Assembly: GCA_047495785.1 (NCBI GenBank)
Contig: JBLDXI010000024.1
Coordinates: 3,596,001 to 3,660,000 of the forward strand
DNA from: Lepidodermella squamata
Taxonomy: Eukaryota > Animalia > Gastrotricha
Reading direction: 5' to 3'
DNA: 64,000 nucleotides
In this document: positions 23,965 to 37,400 of the stretch, in pieces
Layout: each line of letters begins with the position of its first letter
How positions within the stretch are numbered: position 1 is the first letter of the stretch
Translations under genes and position numbers: made by a program
Notes under the pieces: model-generated
What the model was told of the DNA's origin: nothing
The model's input: the letters and a program-made list of their open reading frames with translations, nothing else
The model's database searches: none

Positions 23965-26900
23965 ATGGCGAGCATGAGCGAGCAGCCCTCGACAAAGAGC
24001 GTAGCCTTTCGTAAGGAGAAAGAAATCGTAGCCGGCGTTGATGCTCAGTTGAAAGAACTTAACGCAACTTTCAAGGAGCAAGCGCGATGCCTGGAAGAAC
24101 GCGCCGCAACGCAAGCGGCTGTTCTCGAGATGGCGCACGATTTTCTGCGAAAATGGGCCGATGCTGAGGCGGAACATGCGGCTAGGCTCGAGAAAATTGT
24201 CCGGTCTTTTGCGAACAAGGAAAAATCTGGCAATAATGGCAACGTTTCGACGTCAGTTTGTTTACTCGGCCTTTTCTCCAGTGTTGGCAAACTGGGCAAA
24301 ATGTACCAGGTCAGTTTCTTTCTTTTTCTTTAAAAAATGTGAATTTTTTTAAATGTTTAATTTATGGATTATTCAAACAATTTGTATTCAAAGCAAGGCT
24401 AATTTTTACGAATTTTTTATTCCAGGCGTTCTCAGAAACCATCTCGCAACAAGTTCTCGAGCGACTCCAACCGGCTCGCGAAGATTCATCCGTCGTGCGA
24501 AAACAGTGCGCTCCCGTGCTCGAGGCGTGTCAAGACGCCGTTCGAAAAGCGTGCCAAGACGTTCTGGCCTCGGTTAAACCCTACCACGCCGCTAGTTCGG
24601 CCTTCCAAGCCGCGGATTCAGCCATGCGCGAGACGCAGGCTGAAGTCGCGAAATCACAGCCCAACTCCATAACTGGCAGTGCGAAATCGAGCGGCGGCGA
24701 TGGCAAACACCCTACCCTGAAGAAACAAGCCTCGGTCGAGCGAAAATTCGCCGAACGGAATGCGAAACGGGAAGCTATGCTGGCGAAGGCGAATGAAGAA
24801 CGGAATAAACACGTCGTAGCGCTGGCGAATGCGAACGCGTCGTTGGGGTGTTACAACGCTGAGTTGTTGCCGAAATACATCCGGGCGATGGATTATTGCG
24901 CACGACCAGCGTTGTGTTCCTCACTGGCTGCGGTTTCGAAGTTTCTAGCCGACCAGGCTGATCGCATTGTATCGGCAGTTGCGGACGAGTTGCGATCAGC
25001 GGTGACGCGGTGTCAGGCGGAGAATGACGTGGCCTTGATGGCTCACTATGCGCCGAAACTGTTTTCGACTGGCTCGAAAGCAGTGGCGCAATCGGCGGTT
25101 TTCCGCTTCCAACCACTACGCAGTGACGAGGTATGTTCATTAAACGCCATTATACGACTAAAATATGACATTTACGACCAATTTTTCAAGAGGAAACGAT
25201 AGTTTTTACTATCGAAAGGTAATAAAATGGTGTTTTCTAGAGCAGATTTTTTGTGGACTCTTCATGGATTTACCAATAGATTTTGAGATTGTGTGCTTTG
25301 GTGTCTTAATATTAGCGAAGTTTTCAATTAGATTAGTTTGAAAAACACAACTTTTCTCATATTCTAATGGCGATTTACGCCTCCAGTTGAGATTTTCACG
25401 TAGAAAATATCTTTGTATTCTGGGATATTTTCATTCCTATAAAAAAATAGAATAATTTTTTATCTTGTGCCCATTTTTCTGTGTTATTCTAATATTTTTG
25501 CCGTGTTTGGCTATTTTTCTTCGAACAGATCTGTCTTGAACTCGGAAATGTAAGCGTCAACAGTGTAACATTATAATCATCTTCACTATTTCTCACTGCA
25601 CAGCATGCCAAATCTTTTTTGTTTTTCTTTCATACTCGCACTATTTTCACGTTTCGCACTTGGGTTTTTCAGCCGCAGTTTTGTTTCAGCTTCTCATATT
25701 TTTTCTGTATTTTTTTACTAGCCTGGTGACTTGGTCATGCCTCTCGGAGTGAAAGACAGTCGCAAATTGTCATTGATGAATACAAATAACGAAAATTCGA
25801 AAAAACTCGCGGCGATTGTTGGCGATCTCGAACGCTGGGAGCAAGCGAAATGGTCCCCGTCAAGCCCATCCAACGTCGGACCAATGGCAGACTCCGGCCT
25901 GGGTCTCGGCCCTAACCCGCCCCTGCTAATGGGTACCATCGAAAACTACGCCCAAACGCTGAAACAATACGCAGAAATCGCCGATCAAATGGCGAGAGCT
26001 GAGGCTGAGCTGACTTTGATCGCCGCAAGTCACGCCGGGGCGAATCCGGTGAATAACTCGTCGTTTTCGTCGCCGGCTCGCGGCCATCTAGCGTCGACGG
26101 CGTCGACAGACTCGGGCCGGCCGTCGAATGACCACATGGTGTCGTCGTCTTCTGTCGGTTCGTCGTCATCGGGCGATGCGTTGTTGAACGGCGGCCAGGC
26201 GACGTCGAGGACGCCGGTTTTTGGCGGGTCGATTGAGGATCATTTGAATCGCGTCGGGTTGAATGACTCGGCGGCGCTGAGGTCGAACTCGGCTACGCCT
26301 GGGTCGATGTCTGTCAACTCGGTGACATCGCTCAGCTCTTCTTCATCGCCTAATCATCCGCCTTTACCACAGGTAAATTAAGCAATATTGAATTAAATTA
26401 AAATTTGAAATAGAAGTTTAGCTCAGAAATTCAGTAAAATATTCAGTTGAAAAATTCGATAACATTTTCGAAAATTGGAATATTGGATAATTTTCAAAAT
26501 TTGTAAAAATTCAAAGATTGGAATAATTTTTTATTTCCTTTCCATCGTAAAATTTTACTCATGTAATACATACAGTGAAAGTTGTCTAAACCGGACTAAG
26601 GTCATGCCAGGCAAAATCGTCCGGTTTAGAGAAAGTCCGAATTATTTTAAACCGGACTGAGTCCGGTATAGGAAATACCACGTGAATGGGCCTTCGACAG
26701 GCGTCGCGCAAATAAATTCAGTAAACGCGCAAAAGAAACAGATGTGCGCAAAGTAAACAAAAGCGTCGCGCACTAGCAGAATGTGTCGCGCAGAATATTA
26801 ACACCCGTCGCGCAGGATAATAACACCAGTCACGCAAAATACAAATCACGTAGCATGCCCTTATTTCATCTTTCTCAACGGTGAAACGAGATTTCTCGAC

Positions 26901-29900
26901 GAAATTGAAGAATTGATCAATGAACAGATTGAACAGATGATGTAGAATCCCAGCTACCAACAGGTGGAATTTTTGAAGGCTACAACGAGTTGAAAAACAA
27001 CTGGCAACCTGTTTTCTCCGGGTCGTACGCGGAAGCCTAGGCTTTCCTTGGTAATAGGGGCCCATTTTTTGGCAACGAGGCGGCGAGAAGAGAAGAGGTT
27101 GCTACGTAGAATACTATGGCCGTGCTACGGGAGTGCGTCGGTGTAAAAATGTTTTCTCGGCTTGGATGTTAGGTCTTTTAGACTTTAAATTATGCGACTA
27201 GTTTAATGGAAGATGTCGGCCCGATGGTCGACGCATCTGTCAATTCAGGTCACTTGAAATTATTCCTATAATAATATCGTATATTGGTCATTTCTTGAAA
27301 AAGTTTGCAGCTGTTGATTTGTTGTTGTAGCTGTAGGTAGCGCGTTTATGGCGACCCAGTTTAATGACCGGACACGGCCTTGAGACTAAGGCGTACATTT
27401 TAGTCTCAAGGACACGGCCCGTAGCTCTTCACGCAGCTAGCAGCTAAACCGGCGAGTAAACACTTGAATACAGATAATCCCTTGATCGCGGGCTGTAAAA
27501 CAGGGCAAACTGTCTCAGACGCCGCGCGGGGTGCGTGTCGAGGTGCGCAGCGGGTGCGTATGTGCTTTAGAACTGGGGCCTCAAGCGTATGAAGATTAGA
27601 TGGATTGGGTGGATTGCGCTTGATTGGAGCAATAAATACTCCGAGGAAGGCGATTTCTCATAATTTTTCTCGCCAAAGACATGTCGATTCGTCGCTATCA
27701 TGGGGTCTATGTATGGACGAAACCAATCCGGGTTAAGTCGTAGCTTTCGACGAAGACGACGGCGATTATTCATCACAAACCGCTGCATTAACCGCCGGTT
27801 GATGGCTCGATGGTATTTCGGAAATTCGATGCCTCGTGAAACTGGCGGCTCTCGCGTAAGACAAAGTCTCAGCCCGTCGAGCCGCGACGTCTTCATGCCT
27901 CTTTAAAAAGCCGCGAAGCCATTTCTGGCTCGCTCTGTTGTCTTTAAACTGGTTTTCGACTGCCAGCTCTTCAGCAAACTTGAAAGCGACTTGCCGAATC
28001 CGATCACGCGTCAAGGGCAACCGGTCCACAATCGCCCGTTCTTGTTCCGGTTTGAAGAGAGTCCGCCGGCCACGGGGATGAAGATCGCCGTTTTTCATGC
28101 GCCGCGAAATTGTGTAATTCTTGACACCGTAGACACGTGCGGCCACAACGCCGGACATGTTCCCCGCCCTTACAATATTTTCAATATTAGTCCTTTGCAA
28201 TTCATGATGCCCAATGAGTTGAAAATCATTTGTCCGAAATTTTGTAAATTGTTTTTTTTAAGTTTAAAAATGATTTGAAATTTGAAAAAATTATTAATTA
28301 TGAAATTAATTATGAAAATTAATTATTTCAAAATACAATTTATACAATTTTGGCGAGAAATTGTAATCAGAATTTTTCGATGATAAAAATTACTAATCTC
28401 GGTTTCCCTATTTAATAGGTTGTTGTGTGTTGCGTGGCTTATCTATCAAAGTTTGGCCTGCGCCAGCAAGGCGTGTTCCGCATCAACGGTTCGCAAATCG
28501 AGATCTCGGAACTAAAGGCGAAATTCGAGCGATGCGAAAACCCGCTCGCTGCCGCCGACAATCCGTCTTCTGTCAACGCGGCCGCGTCGGTGCTCAAATC
28601 CTACTTCCGCCAGCTACGCGAACCGCTGCTACTACCGCAATCAGTCACCTTCGAACAGTGGCTAGCCGCGCCCAACAGCCCGTACGGCATGGTTGAGGCG
28701 ATTCGGCAGCTGGTCGCGCGTTTGCCGCCGCAAATCAGAACAGTGGCTGCGTTTTTGTTCGTCTTCCTAAACCGCGTCGCTGAACACGCGTCGGAGAACA
28801 TGATGGACGCGTATAATCTAGCGGTTTGTTTCGCGCCCTGCTTACTACCAACGCCGAACGAAGCCGAGCAAATGCAGCACTTCAACACACTGGCGGCGAT
28901 AATTAAAGCGATGATTTTGAATGTAACATCGATTTTCCCATCCGACGATCTACGGCTGTATGATGAGGTGATAAATGGCAAATTGGAGGAGCAACAGGCG
29001 AAGAGAATTTCGACGCAGGTCGAGCCGACACCGGTTGCACAGTCGATTCGAGGGTTGAGAAAAGCTTCCTTAACGGACACGCCCGATTCAATAGGCGCGC
29101 CTGATTCGCAAAATAACTCGGCAACACCAGCCGCGACTTCGCTAACCCGACAAATCCGGACTCTAGCGGCTATAGAGCCGACGACCCTGATCGAAGCCGA
29201 TGCTGAGGCGCTGTTCAATTTCACGGCGAGGACTAGTCATGAACTGTCGCTGAAACGCGGTGATCGTATGCGAATTGTTAGGAAGCTGTCTGAGCAGTGG
29301 TGGGAGGCGTCAATGGGCGGGCGCGGCGGCCTGGTGCCGGCCAATTACCTGCGCCTGTTGACGCCGGCTGTTTCCCCCGCGATTACGTCATCAGCTTCGA
29401 TTCCATCGAGTGGCTCGTCCTCCGGTCGCACGCGGTCGGTGACAGGCGACGAGCAGGCGAACCCGGTTCCGGGTAATAACGGCACGATTAAATCTATCGC
29501 GGCGCTATCAGCCTCGTCGTCGAATGCAAGCGAACGGCGCGTTTTCGCCAACGAAACCAATGACCAACGAGCGTCTATCGCCGGTTCGATGATCAACGCA
29601 GCGCCAGATGGTAAATATTTATTTTGAAAATTCCCCCTTAATTTTTTTAATTTTCACGCCGAATTTGTTGTTAATTTTGTTGTTGTTGTTGCACAAAAGT
29701 TGATGAATCGGCGAGTGAAGCCGACGAGTCACGGGCGTCGGTGACTTGTGACGTGGAAATGAGTTTCTAACCATCGAGGCAACTCCAGTGTCGATCTCAG
29801 TTATAACATAATACGCGTAATTTGAGCGGAAAAAAAATCGAAATTCTAACAACTGATCGAATTGTAGCGAATTTAACAAGAAAGCCACTAATCGACTAAT

Positions 29901-30280
29901 AGCACTTGCTTTTCGTGAAAATAGCACCTGAGAAAAATGTAGAATAATCAGGGCCATGGAATGCTTTAAATGTTGACATTTGTTTGATTCAAATGCGAGT
30001 GTCCTTAGTAGTTGGACCGTCGTGTTAATGCCTGCCAAGTAGCAATTTTTAAGTTCGTCCTAGTAGCGAAATCTCGATTTTTGAAGAGATTTCGAACCTA
30101 CCCGTTATTGATTCAATATTTTTCCTTTATTCAAATATTTTTCATCATTTTTCAGGTGTGGCTGGTAGCCAGCCTTTGTGGATGCGGCGGCCGGTCTCAA
30201 CGGGCGACCCTGCGCGTAAAGCCGACCCTGTTCCGCTCAGTTCTGTGATCGATAGCACGAAACCAACCGGCTTTTCATAG
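23965..30280 (+). CDS. SRGAP: SLIT-ROBO Rho GTPase-activating protein (F-BAR, RhoGAP, SH3)
   Basis: Exons 23965-24309, 24426-25130, microexon 25529-25549, 25722-26372, 28419-29610, 30156-30280. F-BAR start KELNATFKEQARCL; RhoGAP GLRQQGVFRINGSQ with arginine finger and ENMMDAYNLAVCFAP; SH3 ALFNFTARTSHELSLKRGD..WWE..GLVPANY. Confidence 0.9.
26573..28200 (-). mobile_element. Truncated pogo/Tigger-like DNA transposon in srGAP intron
   Basis: TA|CAGTG terminus at 26573 followed by TAAACCGGAC/GTCCGGTTTA inverted sub-repeats. Minus-strand ORF 27766-28200 encodes HTH_psq (AARVYGV..TISRR) and CENP-B HTH (ASQKWLRGFLKRH..RRAETLSYARA). No DDE domain or second TIR seen; that the terminus and ORF belong to one element is inferred. 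Confidence 0.75.
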
Positions 30281-31404
30281 CTTCCAATTGTCTTCAATCA
30301 TACCCTGGAATAATTCCTGAAAAAATATTATATTATTATTTTCTACTCTCTTGCTTCAAACGCGACTCTGAAGCGCTTGTAATAATCCTAGCTTTTCAGT
30401 ATAATTAGCAATTTTGAGATGGTAATAACTCTCTTCCACAATTTTTCACCGCGTCTCAAAAAAAAATATTTTCTCCTGATTTTTCGATTCTTATCACGCT
30501 TGTTGACCGTGCCTTGGCTTTTGAAAGGCTAATCATCGCAGTAGTAGTAAATAGAAGAAAAATTAACCGACGCCGAATCCGGTGCGAGGAACACGGACGA
30601 GTGTCGTGCAGCACTCTGATTAGCGTGATCTTTTTGTACGTACTCTATCTTATATGTTTATCTGGCTGTCTCTCTCTCGCTCTCGATCGATGCATGACGC
30701 AGCAGGAGTGCTTTATGCTGGACGAAAAAGCAACAACAACATAACATTTACGTTATTGCTCCACATTTTGATTTCGCTCTCTTTTTTATTTCAAACAATT
30801 TAAGGCAATAGAAATTGAAATCGATCACATTCAGTTGCGATAATATACCTATTTCTTACCGAACTTGTCAATGAACGGCGCTGTTTAGACTGGTGCTAAA
30901 ATGAAAATTTCGATGCTATTTGACAACGAATTCGAATTACAGCTTTGCCTTGGCTCCATCTTCTGTTCTTTTTATACTGTTGTGTATGTGTAAATACGAA
31001 GAGGAAGAGTAAAAAAAGTAACCGTCGGACGTCTTCCTTCTACTCTCACCTATGCTCCCGCCATTCCATTATTGCTGATTGGACCTTGGTTGAAAAAACA
31101 ATCATTTCATCTTTCATCATACTTGGCTCTGTTTTTCTTCTCCATCTTCCTCCTCGCATCTGCTGTTCTATTCGGCGACGAACAAAAGAAACTGTTTCTT
31201 CCTCCTCCTGGCAGCCGATTTCTTTTTCAATGGTCGGCAATATATTATTATTGTAATAATCAATTATGATAATTAATATTATTATTATTATTATAAACGG
31301 CAATAATAAAATCGAGTAATTGATTTTTTTTACTATTTTTAGAAATTTATCGATTTTTATTTGATTAAAATCGATGATGAATTTTGCTCTGTGACTTGGC
31401 ATCG

Positions 31405-34400
31405 ATGAAACGTCGAAGCCGGCCTAGTAAGGCGCTGATGGGGCGCCAGTTGAAGGAGGCCACCGAGCGGCAGGAGGCGGCTCAGTCGAAAGCGGCGGCG
31501 AAATTCGCGGCCGAAGCTCAGCGTTTGCAGCCGCTAACCTGGGCCGAGGCGCAGCGAATTGTCGAATTCATTGTCGATGGCAAAATCCGCCGGCATGGCA
31601 TCTACGAGCCGTTGCCCATTCAACGCGTTGATTCGGCTGTGGTCGATAAGGATGGTGACGAGAGTGCGATGGACCTGGACAGTACAATGGCTTCGGATAA
31701 ACATAATACATCAGAAAATCGAGTTGGCCGAGCTCGAAAACAGGTAAAAATAATTGGAAAAATTAATTTTACTACCTTGAAAATTAGCGGCATGAATAAA
31801 ATTTAGGATCGCTGTTAGCAAGCCCCATGAGTTGCAAAAACGAAGGAACTGCATAGAAAAGAGATCATATGGTCTAGAATAAATGGGGATGTCCTATCTC
31901 ACGGTTAGAAAAAATCAAGCGACATAGTGATCATTTGAAATGAAACAATCCGCATAAATTGTGGCAAACTGGGTAAAAAGCATATTCTTACGAAACCATC
32001 GGGGTTTTCCGAAATTTATCCTTTAAATTTTGCATTTCTTTAGATAATTGAGGATAATTTAAGGCGAAAGCGTTTTGTGGGTTTAATTGAAAATATGAGA
32101 AGAATATTGAGAATTCAACAATGGAACATTATGTAGATCGGAAACTATATAATCTGAACATTTAAACATCGAATCAATCAAATCATTAATAATTTGGGGG
32201 ATATTAGGTCAATCTAATCTGAAAAACGGAAATATTCGATTAAATTACTTGCATTTTCTGAGCTAATGAGGCGAAATGCATTTGCTGCCTTTGATTTAGG
32301 GAAAATCCTAAATTACTCGACAGAAGGCTGTAAATTTGAAAATAGTTGTATAAATTAAGATAATGTTGAGGCTTTTGATTTTCCGAGTTTTCAGAGGTGA
32401 CTTCAAATATTTTTGTTATTTTTTAGGCGCCTGGGAGAAAGCCTATGAAGGCATCCGCAGCGGCGAATGCACAACAAAAACAGCGAATCGCCGTACCAGA
32501 GGCGAAATTCGAAGAACTCGACGACTATGTGAAAGTGGCGCCGCGTAAAAACGTGCGCGCCTCAACGCCCTACTTCAAATTCGCGCCAACCGCCGACGCT
32601 GAAAAGGTCGAATACGACCTGGACGACCAGGACGCATTCTGGCTGAAAGGCCTCAACGAACGGCGGCGGTCTGAAAGACTGCCCCTCGTCTCTGAATCAG
32701 TTTTCGAGGCAATAATCGACAAATTGGAGAAGGCCGCGCATTTCGAAGCGGCGAATTCCGGCCGGTTGAACGATACCGGGGTCGACGAGGACGCGGTGTG
32801 CTGCATATGCCTCGACGGCGATTGCCTCAATGCAAACGCAATTCTCTTCTGCGATATGTGCAACCTAGCCGTTCATCAGGAATGCTACGGCGTGCCGTAC
32901 ATACCCGAGGGCCAGTGGTTGTGTCGGCGGTGTTTAGAGTCACCCTCCATGCCGGTTTCTTGCTGTTTGTGCCCGAATCGGGGCGGCGCTTTCAAGCGAA
33001 CAGACGACGGCCGATGGGCTCATGTTGTCTGCGCGTTGTGGATACCTGAGGTTTCATTCTCGAATTCAGTATTTCTCGAGCCGATTGAGGGTGTTAAGAA
33101 CATCCCACCGGCTCGATGGCGGCTGAGGTGTTACCTGTGTAAGAAAAGCGGCAATGGCGCGGCGATTCAGTGCCATCGCCAGCACTGTTACTCCGCGTTT
33201 CATGTGACCTGCGCGATTCAAGCCGGGCTTTACATGCGAATCGATGCGAATCCAGCGTCTGAGGATCGAATTAAGCGAACAGCGTACTGCGACACGCATA
33301 CGCCGCCGAATTCGGACGCGGTGCCGATGATTTCGCATGGCACGAGTGACGGCGAGCGGTCGTCGTCGAACAGCCCGAATGCAATGGGGCGGTTGATGAA
33401 GAAGCGGCAGAAGATACGGCAGGCGAGGAAGTTGTTGGCGCAACATCAGGCTGTTGCGACGCATGTTGTGATTAATGTGCCGACTATTTCGGAAGCTAGT
33501 CTTGCGGCGATCGCCTCGGCTCATTCGCGACTCGCCGGCAAATCGGACCTTATGCGACAGGTGAATTAACCTCATTTTTAGAACTGAACATGAGTTGTCT
33601 CGGCCACGGAAAAACCTCATTATTTTGATAACTCGGGAATTTTCAATTGTAAATTTGTAAATTTGTGAAAGTTTTACTTGAAAAAATGATAAGATTTTTT
33701 GTAAAATGCTCGAAGCGTTCATTTCCGTTCTTGAATCCTAGCCTAGATTCATCACTGGAAATTTTTAAAATGACTTACGAAAAATCACTTTTTTTAATTT
33801 GATAAAAAATTATTTTTGATATGAATAATTTGGTTTTTTTGCGTTGATATTATTTTTACGAAATGGAACAAGTTTTACCTGTTTTACGTGCATATGAGTA
33901 GGAGCAATATTCCTAATTGAATTCTCTCTCGGAAGGGTCCTTTTAGCCTATTTCAACCTACCTCTAATTTCTAATTGAACTTTCTATCGAGTAATAACTA
34001 TTTCGACACTCGCCTCTTCGTTCTAAATTTTAGATGCACTAAAATATACTTGAATAAGGTGGACTAGGAACACAGTACTTCAAGTCTTGGATAGAATTTC
34101 AGACTGTCTAATGAATTCACTCTTGTAAAATTGTCAAAAAAGTTGAGGTCAATATCTTCATACATGCTTAGCTTTTAAACTGAGGGTTCATGAAGTAGAT
34201 TCTTTACTAAGATAAACCGGCGGGCGCCCCCTAATCGACCATAACACTCTAACGGCGCTAATTCGTGCTCGTGTCAAATTTATGCCGTTTCGTGTTACAG
34301 CCTTGTAAGCCACAAAGCACTAAACATCGCATAATCTATTTGCTTTTACAGCAAGTACCTGCATGTTATAAGATCTTTATAACGTGCATAAATTTTACTT

Positions 34401-37400
34401 CTATTTTTGCTGCAAATTTTTCCATTTTTATGCGAAGAAAGCGGGTTAATTTTGGCAAATTTACCATTTTTTATATAATTTTATTTGTATTTCAGGTCCT
34501 TGCCTATTGGCAATTAAAACGGAAATCTCGCTGCGGCGTTCCTTTGATTCGCCGGCTGCATGTCTCGGCGTCGGCGCCCAACGGTCACCCATCCTCCCTC
34601 GACGCCCTGAAGGAGAACCCGGGCGCAGGCGACGACGACTCGCACCACGGCGGCCTCGCGCCAAACCTGGCCGAACTCGCCAATTCCACCGACCCTTACA
34701 TCCGCGAGCATTTACATCAGCTGAGGACCTTCCGATTACTTCGCCAAAACCTCGAACGCGTTCGTCTCCTCATCGAACTCGTGCATAAACGCGAGCGAAT
34801 GAAGCGCGACGTCGCTAAATTGAGCCTCGCCTCCCTCGACCATCAATTGGCGCCGTTTCAAATGGTGTTACGGTCGTTGCTAGGGAAATTGCGGACGTTG
34901 GATAAACGGGATTTGTTCGAAACACCAGTTTCAGCAAAATCCGCGCCCGGGTACTACCGGGTCATCAAAAAACCAATGTGTTTCGCGACGATGGAGCAAC
35001 GGTTGGAGGATGACGAGTACGCGTCTGTCGACGATTTCGAGAAAGATTTCCAGCTCATAGTCGAGAATTGCATTTCATTCAACCCGAAAACAACGACTTA
35101 CCACAAGGCGGCTGTTGAGTTGCGAAATGCGGCGGCGCCGGTATTTTCCGAGGCGCGGCAGTACATAACGTCGGCTGAGTTCGACCCGGATACGGGCATG
35201 TACGTGTCGACGCTGCTGGCCGTTCCGCCCCCGCCGCCGCCGCAGCCTGTTGTTGCGGTGCAAACGCCGCAGAAAACGTCGCCGACTGCTGCGGCGGCTG
35301 AGCGACGTCGATCTCAGTTGAATCACCAGAGCGCGTCGAATTCGCCCACAACTTCGGCTTCTACTACGTCTTCCTCGCAAACGTCGTCGTCTTCGTCATC
35401 GGATAAAACCGAAAACAAGCTGGAAATTGCCGAAGATGAGCCTAGTAAGTTTCAAAAATAACCTTTTTATTGAGGCCTATTTTAAATATTTTTCAAAGTT
35501 TTTTCGAGTTATTTGACAAATTTTTCAAAAATTAAATTCTCTGGCGTATTTATTTTTTCGATTTATTTCTGAATTTTTCGAAATTTTTCGAAAGGGTTTA
35601 AAGTAAATTTTAGAATTATCTCCAATTTTTCCGCTCGAAAGCGGTTTCGGTTATGACGACAGTATATTTTGCTGCTATTTTTTTAGGCAAAAGCGGTTCG
35701 CCTGCTCCACCGAGAGCTCGTCGTAACATTTCGAAATTCCAGTCACCCACATCGATCGAAGTCCTGCTTCCAGCCGCTGTTCGTGAGATCATGTCTCTCG
35801 AAGAGCAAATCGCGATTTTGCAAGACAACCTCGACGCTGCTGTTCGAACCGGTAAAACCAACGTTGCAAGTCAGTTGCGGCGAGAAATCCAGGCGTTGAA
35901 GCGGAGACAACCTGGCTACGCCGGTTCAGATCGTTGCTCATCGTCGTCGAACACGAATTCGCCGGCCAAGGTTGAAAAAGAGCCGGAAGTTGTCGTGAAA
36001 CCGAAAGAGGAGGCGAAGGAAGCGCCGGTTCTGGCGAATGGCCCGGCGACGCGGCATCGCGCTTCGCTGACGGGTTCAAGCCCGCCTGGCCTCGTCGGAT
36101 CGCCGCCGAAGCAGCTGAGGCGAAGTCGAGGCGCTAAACCAGAGCACATTGAGGTGGACTCGCGGCCGACATCCCCAGGCTCGGCGCCTCGATCGCCAAC
36201 ACCAGCTAACGGCGGACCTGCAAACGGTCTTCTGATGATTGCATCGCCTGGTAAGTTGGAAATTGAAAATTTCAAAATTCACAAGTTAGAAATTTGAAAA
36301 AATCACAAATATAAATTAAATTTATTTTTGGAATTTTTTCAATTTTTTAAACTCATGAATTTCAATCGGAATTCAGCATTTCTGCTACGAATAAAGATTC
36401 TTGAAAAATTCCATATTGAAATTTTCTATATTGCCTGGTTCGAATCGTATTGCGCGCTTTTTGACGCCCGAAATATTCTTGAATTTCGAATTTTACAGTA
36501 TAGCTTTGGCCTTTGATCAATACGAAGATGCTATAAGATAACCCACAAGTTGTTATTGTTGTCAATCAAACTTAACTACCGCAATTTCTACAGATGTAAT
36601 CAACATTTTCGCTTACCTTTTCTTCGCTTTTTATTTTTAATTTCACTCTCAGTTAGCTCCCGTGAAATATTTAGAAATGTTTTAAGGTGGATTAATTTAT
36701 AAATATTTTCGTGTCTTTTATTTCCAGTTTTGATGTCGCCTAATAATTTTCCCTATTTAACTTGAGTTGATCGCTTGTTTTCTTTCTATTATCAGGTAAA
36801 TTATCGACTACGCACTCGCCGCGGACCAATTCCCCACGAGTTCCTCTGGTCGCGTCGACCCCGCTGGTTCAAAACGGCGCCTCGTCCCATCAGCACCAGC
36901 AGAATGGCTCCAACACGCAAGGCCGCATTTCGACCCGGCGATCGGCAGCCCAGGCCGGCATCCACCTGCCCTCCGTCTTCAACATGTCTCCGCCACCCTA
37001 CAAACACCGCCGTGTTTCATCGGCCTCAAAACCGGCGTTACTAGGCTCACCTCGAACCGCCTCGCCGACCCTCGCAGTTCGCGTCGGGTCGCCGCAAAAC
37101 AACCCGTCGGGCGGGATGAACTACTCGCCCTCCTTAAATCGATCGATGAACGGATCATCGCTGGACGTCGACGACCCGACGCCGACTTCACCCCCGTCGA
37201 CCCCAGGCGTCAACCGGCGAACGGCTGTCCTGTTCCAGGGCAAAAAACGGCCGCTGCCCGCGTCACTCGGCGGCAGCCCAACCCACCTTAACCACCATCA
37301 TAGCCACAAATTGACCGGCTCGGCGTGTTCTTCGCCGACTCGAAGCCCATCTGCGGCGTCTCTAGCCGCTGTTGCGGTTGCGTCGAATGGCATCGGGTCG

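Noticed and set aside
30514-31402. ORFs between srGAP and BRPF
   Set aside because: Low-complexity UTR/promoter-like sequence with no splice or domain support.
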